From an uncultured Chloroflexia bacterium (GTDB lineage Bacteria; Chloroflexota; Limnocylindria; QHBO01), in contig CAWFCQ010000002.1 in the NCBI GenBank assembly GCA_963814375.1, forward strand, positions 1 to 64,000: 64,000 nucleotides of DNA, written 5' to 3'. The translations under genes were made by a program, and so were the position numbers. Position 1 is the first letter of the stretch, and each line of letters opens with the position of its first letter. Of this stretch, positions 26,343-36,290 are shown one piece after another. Under the pieces are notes generated by a model. The model was not told the DNA's origin and searched no databases. It was given only the letters and a program-made list of their open reading frames with translations.

Positions 26343-27308
26343 TCAGCGCAGTCGGGGAAGGACCGCGCGCCCGAAGGTCTCCACGAAGCGCTCCTGGTCG
26401 CGGCCGACCTCGTGGAGGTAAAGCGCTTCGAAACCCCGATCGAGGTCCCGTTGGAGCCAATCGGCGTGGCGCCCCGGGTCCGACGAGATGCGTACCACGC
26501 GGTCCATGTCCTCGGGGCGGACATCGGCCGCCGCGGCCGCCATCTGTGATGGATGTCGCAGGTCAGCAAGCATCCGGGAGTCCAGTGCGTTCTGCCGCCA
26601 ATGTGCGAAAGCCGCGCTCCGCGCCTCGTCATCGCTCGGAGCGAAAGCGAGGTGGACCTGGAGGTACATCGGCTTCTTGGCTCCTCCGTTACGGCGGAAG
26701 GCCTCGATCACGGCATCCACGCGGTCGTCAGGCTGGGAGACGGTGATCAGCGCATCGGCCCAGGTGGCCACCCAGCCCGCCGTCTCGGGCGAGATCGCCG
26801 CGCCGACGAGCATCGGCGCCATCTCGGGTCGGGTCCAGAGCCTCGCCTCGGAGATCGTGACGCGTCCGTGGTGCGTGACCGTCTCTCCGGCCCAGAGCCT
26901 GCGCATGATGACGGCGCACTCGAGGAGCCGCTCGTTCCGCATGGCTTTCGAAGGCCAACCTTCGCCGGTGATGTGCTCGTTCACGTTCTCGCCGGACCCG
27001 ATCGCCATCCAGAAGCGCCCCGGAAACATGACCGCCAGCGTGGCCGACGCCTGGGCGACGATTGCGGGGTGATAGCGCTGCCCGGGCGCGTTCACGACGC
27101 CGAACGGCAGCGAGGTGGCTTGAAGGGCGGCGCCGAGCCACGACCAGGCGAAGCCGGACTCACCCTGCTCCTGGCTCCACGGCGCCCAATGGTCCGAGCA
27201 CATCGCCGCATCGAAGCCGGCATGCTCGGCGCGCACGACCAGGTCGAGCAGTCGGTCCGGTGGCACCTGCTCGTGGCTGGCGTGGAAGCCGATGATCGGG
27301 CCGGCCAC
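26343..27308 (-). CDS. LLM-class (luciferase-like) oxidoreductase, TIGR03885-like
   Basis: GFHASHEQ, SDHWAPW, SGFAWSWLGAA, RYHPAIVAQA, GSGENVNEH; separate gene from GTG 27308. Confidence 0.85.
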   Translation of the reverse strand: MAGPIIGFHASHEQVPPDRLLDLVVRAEHAGFDAAMCSDHWAPWSQEQGESGFAWSWLGAALQATSLPFGVVNAPGQRYHPAIVAQASATLAVMFPGRFWMAIGSGENVNEHITGEGWPSKAMRNERLLECAVIMRRLWAGETVTHHGRVTISEARLWTRPEMAPMLVGAAISPETAGWVATWADALITVSQPDDRVDAVIEAFRRNGGAKKPMYLQVHLAFAPSDDEARSAAFAHWRQNALDSRMLADLRHPSQMAAAAADVRPEDMDRVVRISSDPGRHADWLQRDLDRGFEALYLHEVGRDQERFVETFGRAVLPRLR

Positions 27309-27309
27309 C

Positions 27310-28970
27310 CTAGACGCCCTCCCTGCGGCCGAACCAGTGATAGCCATAGGGCGGCAGCTCGCAGGTGAGCCTCCCATTGCTGATCCGGGGGGTCGCCCCG
27401 TCGAGCTGGCCAAAGATGTGGCGCCAGCGCCCGGTTCTTGCCTCCGACGGGAGCAGGACCGATGCTCGGGCCGGCGCATCCGCGAAGCTGTGGAGGGCCA
27501 GCACGCTGCCACCATCCCAGGTCGCCACATGGGCGAGGACGCGAGGAGTTCCGCGTACCAAGCACGCGCCATTCGCCCCAGCCGAACTCCGGCCACTCCT
27601 TTCGCGTGCGTATGGCGCGCTCGGTCCAGTTGAGGAACGAGGTTCGATCTTCCTGCTGGGCCTCGGCGTTCAGCGCCCGGTAGCCGAACGGTCCATCCCG
27701 CAGCAGGCGACGAGGGATCTCCTGCTCGCTGGCGGTTGTGAAGCCCGCGCCGGCGCGAGCGGACCACTGCATCGGCAGGCGCACGGCCTCGCGTTCGCGA
27801 CATGACCAGGTTCTCGGCCATGCCGAGCTCCTCGCCGTAGAACAGCACCGGAGTCCCTGGCAGGCTGAGCATCAGGCTGTACGCCAGCTCGAGCCGTCGT
27901 CGATCGCCGTTGACCATCGACGGGAACCGGCGTCGGATTCCGCGCTCGAAGAGCCGCATCTCCTTCTTCGGCGCAAAGGCCGCGAAGACCTCCTTGCGCT
28001 CGGCGTCGCTCAGCTTGTCGAGACTCGCCTCGTCGTGGTTCTTGATGAAATTCGCCCACTGGCTCTCCGGCGGAATCGGCGGCAGGGAGCGCAGAGCGTC
28101 AGCCACAGGCGTTGCGTCGTGCCGCACGAACGACAGGTACAGCGCCTGGTTGGTGACGAAGCTGAACAGCATGTGCATCTCGTCGCCCCGGTCACCGAAG
28201 AAGCTCGCCAGCTTGTCGAGCGGCTCATTCGCTTCGGCGAGGAGCATGACATCGCCCCGGCGCCTATTCGCGAAGTCGGCGATGTCGCGAAGGTAGTCAT
28301 GCGGGTCGCTCACCGCGGGGTTGTCACCGCCGACCTGCTCGATGAGGAACGGCACGGCGTCGATCCTGAAGCCCGAGAGCCCGAGCTCGAGCCAGAAGCC
28401 GATGACCTTGTGGATCTCATTGCGGACGAGCGGGTTGTTGATGTTCAGATCGGGCTGAAACGGCATGAACCGGTGCATGTACCAGCGCTTCGCGGCGCGG
28501 TCGTAGCTCCAGGTGCTCTCCTGCTTGCCTGGAAAGATCACTCCCTTGTCGGCATCCGGCGGCTTCTCATCGGACCAGACGTAGAAGTCCCGGTAGATCG
28601 GATGCCCCGCGCGTGCCAGCTGGAACCACGGATGGTCGACCGAGGTGTGGTTGATCACCAGGTCGGCGATGACCCGGATCCCGCGCTCGCGCGCCGTCCG
28701 CACCAGCTCAACGACGTCGCCCAGCGACCCGTACTTGTCGGCGACGCCGTAGAAGTCGGCAACGTCGTAACCGTAGTCACGCTCCGGCGACGGATAGATC
28801 GGCATCAGCCAGAGACACGTGATACCCAGGCCGGCCAGGTAGTCGATGCGCTGGGTCAGACCGTCGATGTCGCCGATCCCGTCCCCGTTCGTGTCGAGGA
28901 ATGCCTGGGTGTCGACGCAGTAGATGATCGCGTTCTTCCACCACAGGTCGCTCGTGGCTTCGAGGCTCAT
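27310..28970 (-). CDS. GH13 alpha-amylase family (trehalose synthase/TreS-like), two frameshifts (~27800, ~27555)
   Basis: WWKNAIIY, DLVINHTS, GFRIDAVP, LAEAN, NHDE, PGTPVLFYGEELGM; continues in ORFs 27092-27784 and 27310-27561 (ELPPYGYHWF). Confidence 0.85.
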
Positions 28971-29053
28971 GCCCCGGTGTCCTTGCACGAGCCGTTCCGC
29001 GCGAGGAGGCGAGCCGCACCACCCGGTGTGTCCGAGGGCGGTAGCATCCGCCC

Positions 29054-29938
29054 GTGGTCCCGCTCACCCTTCGCGACGTCCCCGGTATCCGGGTTGGCCA
29101 CTGGACCGATGCCGGCCGACGCACCGGCTGCACCGTTGTCCTCGCCGCGGATGCGGGTGCGGTGGCGGGCGTCGATGTTCGCGGCTCAGCGCCCGGGACG
29201 CGCGAGACCGACCTGCTGCGTCCCACGGCGCTCGTCGAGCGGATAAATGCGATCTGCCTGGCCGGCGGTTCGGCATTCGGGCTCGCTGCTGCGGACGGCG
29301 TGGTGCGCCGGCTCGCCGAGCTGGGGATCGGCTTCGAGACAGGCGTGCGACCGGTCCCGATCGTGCCGGCCGCCATCCTCTTCGACCTCGGGGTAGGCGA
29401 TTCCGATGCCTTCCCGGATGCCGATGCGGGCTACGCCGCCGCGCTTGCCGCGGAGGATAACGACGGCCCGCTCGAGGGCACCGTCGGCGCAGGCACTGGC
29501 GCGACGGTTGCGAAGCTTGCCGGCCCCGCAAGTGGCACGCCGGCGGGAATCGGCAGCGCCGCCCAGCGGCTCCCTGATGGCCACCTTCTCGGCGCGCTGG
29601 TCGCGAACAACGCGATCGGCGACGTCCATGCCCGCGATGGACGGCCGCTGGTCACGTCGCAGGGTGCCGCCGCGCCGCAGGCGCCCGGCAACACGGTGCT
29701 GGTCGTGGTAGCCACCGATGCCTCGCTCGACCGGGCGCAGTGCCGCAAGCTCGCCGAGCAGACCCACGATGCGCTGGCCCGACAGATCCGCCCGGCGCAC
29801 ACCCTGTTCGACGGGGACGTCGCCTTCGCGATGAGCACCGGCGACGGCTCGCGGGCCGCGCCGGACGCTTTCTTCGCGCTCGGGATGTCGGTGGTCGAGG
29901 TCGTGGGCGAGGCGATCGAGCGCAGCGTGGCGAACTAG
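29054..29938 (+). CDS. DmpA/P1 (S58) family aminopeptidase
   Basis: TGCTVV, VRGSAPGTRETDLL, GGSAFGL, VPIVPAAILFDL, GAGTGA, NT..VVATDA, PAHTLFDGD. Confidence 0.9.
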   Translation: MVPLTLRDVPGIRVGHWTDAGRRTGCTVVLAADAGAVAGVDVRGSAPGTRETDLLRPTALVERINAICLAGGSAFGLAAADGVVRRLAELGIGFETGVRPVPIVPAAILFDLGVGDSDAFPDADAGYAAALAAEDNDGPLEGTVGAGTGATVAKLAGPASGTPAGIGSAAQRLPDGHLLGALVANNAIGDVHARDGRPLVTSQGAAAPQAPGNTVLVVVATDASLDRAQCRKLAEQTHDALARQIRPAHTLFDGDVAFAMSTGDGSRAAPDAFFALGMSVVEVVGEAIERSVAN

Positions 29939-30813
29939 TCGGATGGGGCCTCGTTGCCGTCGAGATCGGCCTCGAAGGCGTGGAGCTCGTCGGCGCTGAT
30001 TTTGTAGACGTGCTCATCGCCGGGGTAGGCGCCGGATCGGACCTCGTCGGCGAAGGTGGCGAGCCCGCGCCGGATCTCGCCGGCGACGTCGGCGTAGCGC
30101 TTCACGAAGCGCGGCGCGACCCCCTCGTTGATGCCGAGCAGGTCGTGCCAGACGAGCACCTGCCCGTCGGTCCCGCCTCCGGCTCCAATGCCGATCGTGG
30201 GAATCGCGAGCGCGGCGCTGACGTGCGCGCCGATGCGGGCCGGCACCGACTCGAGCACCAGCGCGAAGCACCCCGCCGCCTCGAGCTCGCGGGCGTCGTC
30301 GAGGAGCCGCCGAGCGGCCGCCGCCGTCCGACCCTGCGCCTTCATGCCGCCGAGCTGAGTGGCCGACTGCGGCGTGAGGCCGAGGTGTCCCATCACCGGC
30401 ACTCCGGCGCCGACGATGGCGCGGACGCGCGAGACCATGGGTCCGGCACCCTCGAGCTTGACCGCATCGGCGCCGGCCTTGACGAGGCGAATGGCGTTGG
30501 TGACCGCATCGGCGTCCGATGCCTGGAACGAGCCGAACGGCATGTCGCCGATGACCAGCGCCCGCGGCTGGGCGCGTGCCACGGCAGAGGTGAGCATCGC
30601 CGCCTCGTCCATCGTCACCGGCACGGTCGAGGTGTAGCCGAGGACGTTGTTGCCGGCCGAATCCCCGACGAGGATGAGGTCGACCCCCGCTTCCGAGGCG
30701 AGCCGAGCCGACGGATGGTCGTACGCGGTGACCATCACGATCTTCGTGCCGGCGCCCTTCATGGCGCCGATCTCCGGAAGCGTCAGGGGCTCGCGGGCGC
30801 GCAGCTCGGTCAT
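29935..30813 (-). CDS. panB: 3-methyl-2-oxobutanoate hydroxymethyltransferase
   Basis: MVTAYD, LVGDS, GDMPFGS, VKLEG, GHLGLTPQS, IGIGAG, DGQVLV. Confidence 0.96.
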   Translation of the reverse strand: MTELRAREPLTLPEIGAMKGAGTKIVMVTAYDHPSARLASEAGVDLILVGDSAGNNVLGYTSTVPVTMDEAAMLTSAVARAQPRALVIGDMPFGSFQASDADAVTNAIRLVKAGADAVKLEGAGPMVSRVRAIVGAGVPVMGHLGLTPQSATQLGGMKAQGRTAAAARRLLDDARELEAAGCFALVLESVPARIGAHVSAALAIPTIGIGAGGGTDGQVLVWHDLLGINEGVAPRFVKRYADVAGEIRRGLATFADEVRSGAYPGDEHVYKISADELHAFEADLDGNEAPSD

Positions 30814-30844
30814 CGGCGAAGCGTCCTCTTCGAACCGAACCTTG

Positions 30845-31648
30845 TCAACGCAGCGCAACGTTGTCGATGAGCCGGATCGCTCCCGACCCGCACCGCGGCC
30901 GCCAGGGTCGGACCGTCGAAGTCGGCCTCGGCCACGTAGTCCGACCTCGAGGCGCGGCTCGGCGGCGAGGACGCGACGCGCCGCGGCAACGGGATCCGCG
31001 CCCGACGCGAGATGCCGCGAGGCCGGCCTCGAGCGCGCGGGGCAGCGCCAGCGCCGCGGCCCGCTGCGGCGCCGTCAGCAGGACGTTGCGCGAGCTCAGC
31101 GCGAGGCCGTCGTCGTCGCGAACCGTCGGCACGACTGCGATCTCGAGCGGCAGGTTGAGGTCGGTCACCATGCGGCGGATGACGGCAACCTGCTGCGCGT
31201 CCTTGCGGCCGAACCAGGCGACGTCGGGCTCGACGATCGCGAAGAGCTTGGCGCACACGGTGGCAACGCCGCGGAAGTGACCCGGTCGCGCGGCACCCTC
31301 GAGGACGGTGGCGAGCTCGCCCGGCTCGATCCAGGTGTCGAACCCGACCGGGTAGAGCTCCTCGGCCGACGGGGCGAAGAGGACGTCGACGCCGGCACGC
31401 TCGGCGAGATCCGCATCGCGTCGTTCGTCGCGGGGATAGCGGGCCAGGTCGTCGGACGCGTTGAACTGGGCGGGGTTGACGAAGAGGCTGACGACCACGA
31501 CATCGCACGATTCCCGCGCCGCGCGCATGAGGGCGAGATGGCCGGCATGGAAGGCGCCCATCGTCGGCACCAGGCCGATGCGCTCGCCGCGCTCGCGCGG
31601 CTCGCGAAGCGCCTCGCGCACCTCGGCGACGGTGCGCACGATCCTCAC
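30845..31648 (-). CDS. panC: Pantoate--beta-alanine ligase; three compensating +1 shifts garble the C-terminal ~45 codons
   Basis: VPTMGAFHAGH, FVNPAQF, RPGHFRGV, FGRKDAQQ, GLALSSRN, RLIDN; alternative frames give ADPVAAARRVL.. and DYVAEADF..AAAVRVG. Confidence 0.93.
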   Translation of the reverse strand: MRIVRTVAEVREALREPRERGERIGLVPTMGAFHAGHLALMRAARESCDVVVVSLFVNPAQFNASDDLARYPRDERRDADLAERAGVDVLFAPSAEELYPVGFDTWIEPGELATVLEGAARPGHFRGVATVCAKLFAIVEPDVAWFGRKDAQQVAVIRRMVTDLNLPLEIAVVPTVRDDDGLALSSRNVLLTAPQRAAALALPRALEAGLAASRVGRGSRCRGASRPRRRAAPRGRTTWPRPTSTVRPWRPRCGSGAIRLIDNVALR

Positions 31649-32319
31649 GGTCGCGTTGCCTCTGCCAGGGCGCGATAGAGGGGCACGAGGTCCGGGTCAC
31701 GCTCGGCGAGCGCGGCGAGGTGCGCCTCCACGGTCGTCCAGTCGCCGCGGGCGATCGGTCCGGTGAGGTCGAAGCCGTTCTCGATCGTGCGCGTCATGAG
31801 CGGGACGATCGCCTCCGGTGGCGCACCGGCCTGCTCGAGCAGTCGCGTCGCGACCCGGTGGAGGGTGACGAGGAAGTTCCCGCCGATGACCGCCGCCGCG
31901 TGGTAGAGCGTGCGGTCGGAGTCGGCGATCTCGAACGATCGAAGCCCGAGCGTCTCGGCCAGCCATCGAGCGCGTGCCAGCGCGTCCGGGCTCTCCGCGC
32001 TGATCGCGCCCCAGGCGCCATCCAGCTGCTCGGCGCCGCGCTCACGGGTCAGCGTCTGGAGAGGATGAACGCTGAATCGAAGCCGATGCGGCTCGAGCGC
32101 GGCCAGCTGCGTGGCACCGCTGACGTGCGCCACCCACGGGCCCATGGCGATCGCGCGAGCCACCTCGGCGATGACGGAGTCGGGGACGCACAGGAGGACC
32201 AGGTCGGCCGTGGGATTCGGCTCGCGGCCATCGGTCACGGGCGTGCCGCGTTCGGCGAGGCGAGCTCGGATGGCGCCTCCGGCGCGCCCGGTGCCGATGA
32301 CGTGGACCGCCTCGAACAT
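31645..32319 (-). CDS. Rossmann-like + DUF2520 protein (PanG-type ketopantoate reductase candidate)
   Basis: IGTGRAG, LCVPD, HVSGA, HPLQT, YHAAAV..GNF, LTGPIARGD; first gene of the pan operon. Confidence 0.8.
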   Translation of the reverse strand: MFEAVHVIGTGRAGGAIRARLAERGTPVTDGREPNPTADLVLLCVPDSVIAEVARAIAMGPWVAHVSGATQLAALEPHRLRFSVHPLQTLTRERGAEQLDGAWGAISAESPDALARARWLAETLGLRSFEIADSDRTLYHAAAVIGGNFLVTLHRVATRLLEQAGAPPEAIVPLMTRTIENGFDLTGPIARGDWTTVEAHLAALAERDPDLVPLYRALAEATRP

Positions 32320-32340
32320 GGCCCGCAGTCTAGTCGCGTG

Positions 32341-33768
32341 CTATCGCAGCGCTCCACGCAGCGCCGATTGCGCCGCATGCAGCCCGCACAGCCCGTGAAC
32401 GCCTCCGCCAGGCGGCGTCGACGCCGAGCCGACGTAGATGCGCGGATCGGGCGTCGAATACGGATCCCATCGCAGCGCGGGACGGGTGAAGAACTGCGCC
32501 CAGTGCTGGAGACCGCCGTTGATGTCACCGCCGACGTAGTTCGGGTTGTAGCGCTCGAGATCAGCGGGGCTGGTCACATGGCGGGCGAGGATGCGATCCC
32601 GGAAGCCGGGCGCGAAGCGCTCCACCTGGGCCAGGATCCGATCGGTCGCGTCCCCGGTCCAGCCGTTCGGCACGTGGCAGTACGCCCACACCACGTGGCG
32701 GCCATCGGTCGCGCGAGAAGCGTCGAAGGCCGATGGCTGGCTGAGGAGCACGAACGGGCGCTCGTGGACGCGCCCGCGGCCGACCGCGTCCTCGGACGCC
32801 ACCACCTCCTCGAGGCGACCACCGAGGTGGACCGTCCCCGCGCGTCCGACGTCGGGGTTGCGCCACGGGATCGGTCCGTCGAGGACGAGGTCGACCTTGA
32901 AGGCGGCCGGGCCATATCGGTAGCGCCGCAGCTGTGCCGCGTACCGACCGCCGAGCCGCGTGCCGGCCACGGCGAGGATGCCTCGGGGCGACAGGTCGAG
33001 GATCGCAGCCCGATGGCTCCCGATGGTCGCGAGGTCGGCGACGGCGTGATCGGTCTCGATCTCGCCTCCGAGCTCGAGCAGCACCGCGGCCAGCGCATCG
33101 ACGATGCGCTGCGATCCACCGCGCGGGATCGGCCAGCCCACGGCGTGGCCACTGACGAGCAGCGCCTGGCCGAGTCCGCCCGACAGTGGCTGTGTCAGCG
33201 GCAGGAACGAGTGCGCGCCGGTGCCCGCCACGAGCGCACGTGCCGCCGGCGATCGAAAGCGGCGCGCCAGCATCGTGGCCGATGCCAGCGCCGGCAGACC
33301 GAACCGGGAGAGGGCGAACGGGTGACGCGCGATCCGTGTCGGCCGTATCGGGCCGAGCAGCGAGTCGACGATCACGTCCCAGGACTCGACCAGCGGCCGG
33401 ATCCAGCCCTCGTAGACGCGGGCGTCGTGCGCCGACCCGAACGAGGCGACGGTCACGCCGATGTCGCGGTGGAGGAGCGCCGCCGATCCGTCGTCGAGGG
33501 GGTGCGCGATCTGGATCGGTGGCTCGATCCACTCGAGGCCATGCCGCTCGAGGTCGAGCTCGCGGAACAACGGCGACGAGCGGCCGAGCGGGTGGACCGC
33601 GCTGCAGACGTCGTGGATCACGCCGGGCAGGGTCAGCTCGGCGGAGCGGCATCCTCCGCCGATCGTGTCGCGTGCCTCGAGCAGCCGGACACTTCGACCG
33701 GCGCGCGCCAGCACGATGGCCGCCGCCAGCCCGTTCGGGCCGGCACCGACAACGACCGCGTCAACCAT
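32341..33768 (-). CDS. Phytoene dehydrogenase-like NAD(P)/FAD oxidoreductase (COG1233)
   Basis: VVGAGPNGL, HDVCSAVHP, WAYCHVP, NPNYVGGDI, STPPGGGVHG. Confidence 0.88.
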   Translation of the reverse strand: MVDAVVVGAGPNGLAAAIVLARAGRSVRLLEARDTIGGGCRSAELTLPGVIHDVCSAVHPLGRSSPLFRELDLERHGLEWIEPPIQIAHPLDDGSAALLHRDIGVTVASFGSAHDARVYEGWIRPLVESWDVIVDSLLGPIRPTRIARHPFALSRFGLPALASATMLARRFRSPAARALVAGTGAHSFLPLTQPLSGGLGQALLVSGHAVGWPIPRGGSQRIVDALAAVLLELGGEIETDHAVADLATIGSHRAAILDLSPRGILAVAGTRLGGRYAAQLRRYRYGPAAFKVDLVLDGPIPWRNPDVGRAGTVHLGGRLEEVVASEDAVGRGRVHERPFVLLSQPSAFDASRATDGRHVVWAYCHVPNGWTGDATDRILAQVERFAPGFRDRILARHVTSPADLERYNPNYVGGDINGGLQHWAQFFTRPALRWDPYSTPDPRIYVGSASTPPGGGVHGLCGLHAAQSALRGALR

Positions 33769-33809
33769 CTTCCCTACCTCCGAGCACAGTGCCGCGCTAT
33801 CGTCGAGGC

Positions 33810-34547
33810 ATGCCGCCGTCAGCCGGCCCGCTGATCCTGGTCGGCGGGGCCGAGTTCCAGCCCGGCAACGAGCCGCAGGATCGAATCTTCGCCGAAGCCG
33901 CTGCGCGCGGTCCGGCGTACATCATCGCCACGGCTGCCGTTCGGCAGGATCCGGACCGGGCGGTCGCGACCGCCCGCCAGTGGTTCGCGGGGCTCGGGCT
34001 CGAGGTCAGCGAGCTGCGCCTGCGCGGGCGGCGCGACGGCTCGGATCCGGCGACCGTCGAGGCAGCGCGTGGCGGCGCCGCGTTCTACCTGTGCGGCGGC
34101 GACCCCGGGCTCGTGGTCAAGCTCCTCGGCGCGACCCCGGCCTGGGGCGCGGTCGTCGAGGCCTGGCGCGGCGGGGCCGCCCTGGCCGGATCATCGGCGG
34201 GCGCGATGGCCCTCGGCAAGTGGAGCCTCATCCGCTCGGGGATGTCGCACGCGCGACGGCGGTTCGCGCCCGCGCTCGGGCTCGTTCCCAGCGTCGCGGT
34301 CGTCCCGCACTTCGAGGAGTTCGGCGAGGGCTGGCTGCCGTCGCTGAGCCATCCCGGCCGGAAGGCGGTCCTCCTCGGCCTTGACACGCGAACGGCCGCC
34401 GTCTGGCGGCCCAGACGCGGCTGGGCCGCGCTCGGTGCCGGACGAGTGATCGTTCTCGACGGCGACCGCCGCGAGTTCGAACGCGGGCGGCGGCTGCGCG
34501 GCTTGCCCCGTCCGGCAACCAGCTCGGAGCCGGTCAGCCGAGTGTGA
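33810..34547 (+). CDS. Peptidase S51 family (cyanophycinase/peptidase E-like)
   Basis: LVGGAEF, CGGDP, GSSAGAM, VVPHF. Confidence 0.8.
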   Translation: MPPSAGPLILVGGAEFQPGNEPQDRIFAEAAARGPAYIIATAAVRQDPDRAVATARQWFAGLGLEVSELRLRGRRDGSDPATVEAARGGAAFYLCGGDPGLVVKLLGATPAWGAVVEAWRGGAALAGSSAGAMALGKWSLIRSGMSHARRRFAPALGLVPSVAVVPHFEEFGEGWLPSLSHPGRKAVLLGLDTRTAAVWRPRRGWAALGAGRVIVLDGDRREFERGRRLRGLPRPATSSEPVSRV

Positions 34548-34896
34548 CCTCCACCAGCGGAGCGGAGCTGACCATCAGGGCGTGATCGATCCCCCACAGG
34601 CGGGCGATCGGCCTCAGGAGCTCCTCTCGCTCGGCGAGGTCGGTGATGACGCGGCCGGTGGCCGGCAGGTCCGCGCTCACCTCGCCCTTGAGGTGGAAGG
34701 TCATGCTCGGGTTCGCGCGGAGATTCGCGATCCAGCCGCGGGGGAATCCGGGACGGCCACTGATGACGATGCGGCCGCCCACGTTGTGGAAGACGAGCTC
34801 GATGCGACGTGGCTGTCCCGAGCGCCGTCCCTCGGTGGTGATGTCGATCAGGCGGCCGTGCTCGAGCGCCGCGGCCACCTGCGGGTCGAGCGTCAT
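34534..34896 (-). CDS. Deazaflavin-dependent nitroreductase-like (split barrel) protein
   Basis: ITTEGRRSGQPRRIE, WIANLRANP. Confidence 0.8.
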   Translation of the reverse strand: MTLDPQVAAALEHGRLIDITTEGRRSGQPRRIELVFHNVGGRIVISGRPGFPRGWIANLRANPSMTFHLKGEVSADLPATGRVITDLAEREELLRPIARLWGIDHALMVSSAPLVEVTLG

Positions 34897-35769
34897 CACG
34901 CGTCGGCCGTCACCGTCAGCTCCTCGGCCCCGCGCACGAGGCCGATCTCGAGCGGACCCTCGCCGGCGAGCGCGTCGAAGAGGTCGTCGGCGCTGGTGAT
35001 CGGCTTGCCCCCGACCGCCACGATGAGGTCGCCCTCGACGATGCCGGCCTTCGCGGCGGGGGAGTCGTCCTCCACCTCGCGGACGAGGAGGCCGTCGCGC
35101 TCCGGCAGGCCGACGGCGCGACGCAGCTGGCGCGCCACGTGGCTCGGCGCCAGGCCGACGCCCAGCCGGCGTCGCGTCGGCGACTCGCCACGCCCCAGGG
35201 CGGCCACCCGGTCACGCAGCACCGCATCGGCAGCGATGGCGAGGTAGAAGCCGTTGCCGAGCCGGTTGGTGTTGATGCCGAGCAGGTTGCCCTCGAGGTC
35301 GACAACAGGCCCGCCGGAGCTGCCCGGCATGAGCGGCGCGGTGTGCTCGACCGCCCCGGCCACGCGGCGACCGCGGGGTCCTCGGAACGATCGGCCCGTG
35401 CCGCTCACGAAGCCGAAGGTGACGCGCGGGCCGTGGCCGTTCGGGTTGCCGAGCGCCACGACCGGCGTGCCGACCCCGGGCGTATCGGTTCCCAGCGCGA
35501 GGGCGGTGGCGCCTTCGGTCGGTGCCTCGAGGACGGCCAAGGTCGCCATCGCCGTCGACACCGGCGACGGTCGCCTCGGCGGTGCGTCCATCGGCGAAGG
35601 TGACGCTCACCTCGTCGCCGTGAAGGTTGTGGGCGTTGGTCAGGATCCGGTTCTCGCCGATCACCACGCCGGAGCCGCCGCGCCATCGGTTGCCGATCCC
35701 GACCACCGACGGTCCGACCGTCTCCGCGATGCCGCCGATCTCCCGACCCAGTTCAGCCAGGGCTGTCAT
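34896..35769 (-). CDS. Trypsin-like (S1C/HtrA-type) serine protease with PDZ domain, frameshifted near 35538
   Basis: GSGVV..LTNAH, DL(fs)AVL, PGSSGGP, GINT, PDZ with SPAAKAGI..GD; no signal peptide. Confidence 0.85.
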
Positions 35770-35797
35770 GTCTGTCGTTGCCTCCGCAGGGTAGAGT

Positions 35798-35820
35798 GTG
35801 ACTTGCAATGAGCAAGTTAC
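35798..35820. promoter_or_regulatory. Inverted-repeat operator GTGACTTGC-N5-GCAAGTTAC (probable HxlR site)
   Basis: 8/9 bp palindrome between the divergent protease and HxlR genes. Confidence 0.65.
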
Positions 35821-35864
35821 TCCTCCGTCGGCCAGTGTCAAGGTCGATGCCCTACGATCCGCCC

Positions 35865-36284
35865 ATGACCGGCCCGCAGACCCCGCTCGCCGCTGCCCTC
35901 GAGCGTGTCGGCGACCGCTGGAGCCTGCTTCTGATCGAGGCGCTGCTGGACGGTCCGCGCCGCTTCGGCGAGCTGTCGGACACCGTCGGCGGCATCGCGC
36001 CGAACATCCTCTCCGATCGGCTGAAGCGGCTCGAGGGCGAGCGCATCGTCCGCGCAACGCCGTATTCCGAGCGTCCGCCGCGCTTCACCTATGCACTCAC
36101 CGATGAGGGCATCGAGCTGGCCGGGGTGCTTCGGCTCCTGGCCGACTGGGGCGCCCGTGGCTCCGCACACGCCGAGCCGATGCGCCATGCCCTGTGCGGA
36201 ACGCCGGTGGAGGCTCGCCTGTGGTGCCCGACCTGCGCTCGATCCCTCGAAGAGCAGGAGGCCGACGGGCTGCGCTTCGTCTGA
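35865..36284 (+). CDS. HxlR-family winged-helix regulator with C-terminal Cys cluster
   Basis: ALERVGDRWSLL, RRFGEL, ILSDRLKRL, PPRFTYALT, H..CG...CPTC. Confidence 0.9.
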   Translation: MTGPQTPLAAALERVGDRWSLLLIEALLDGPRRFGELSDTVGGIAPNILSDRLKRLEGERIVRATPYSERPPRFTYALTDEGIELAGVLRLLADWGARGSAHAEPMRHALCGTPVEARLWCPTCARSLEEQEADGLRFV

Positions 36285-36290
36285 GCACCG

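Noticed and set aside
22829-28970. Integrative island or prophage at tRNA-Pro
   Set aside because: No integrase, transposase, phage gene or duplicated tRNA 3' end was seen; only accessory-looking gene content.
26343-28988. 881-aa ORF looking like an alpha-amylase/LLM oxidoreductase fusion
   Set aside because: The middle ~150 aa are out-of-frame sequence. The amylase continues in two other frames to its own stop at 27310, and the LLM gene starts at GTG 27308.
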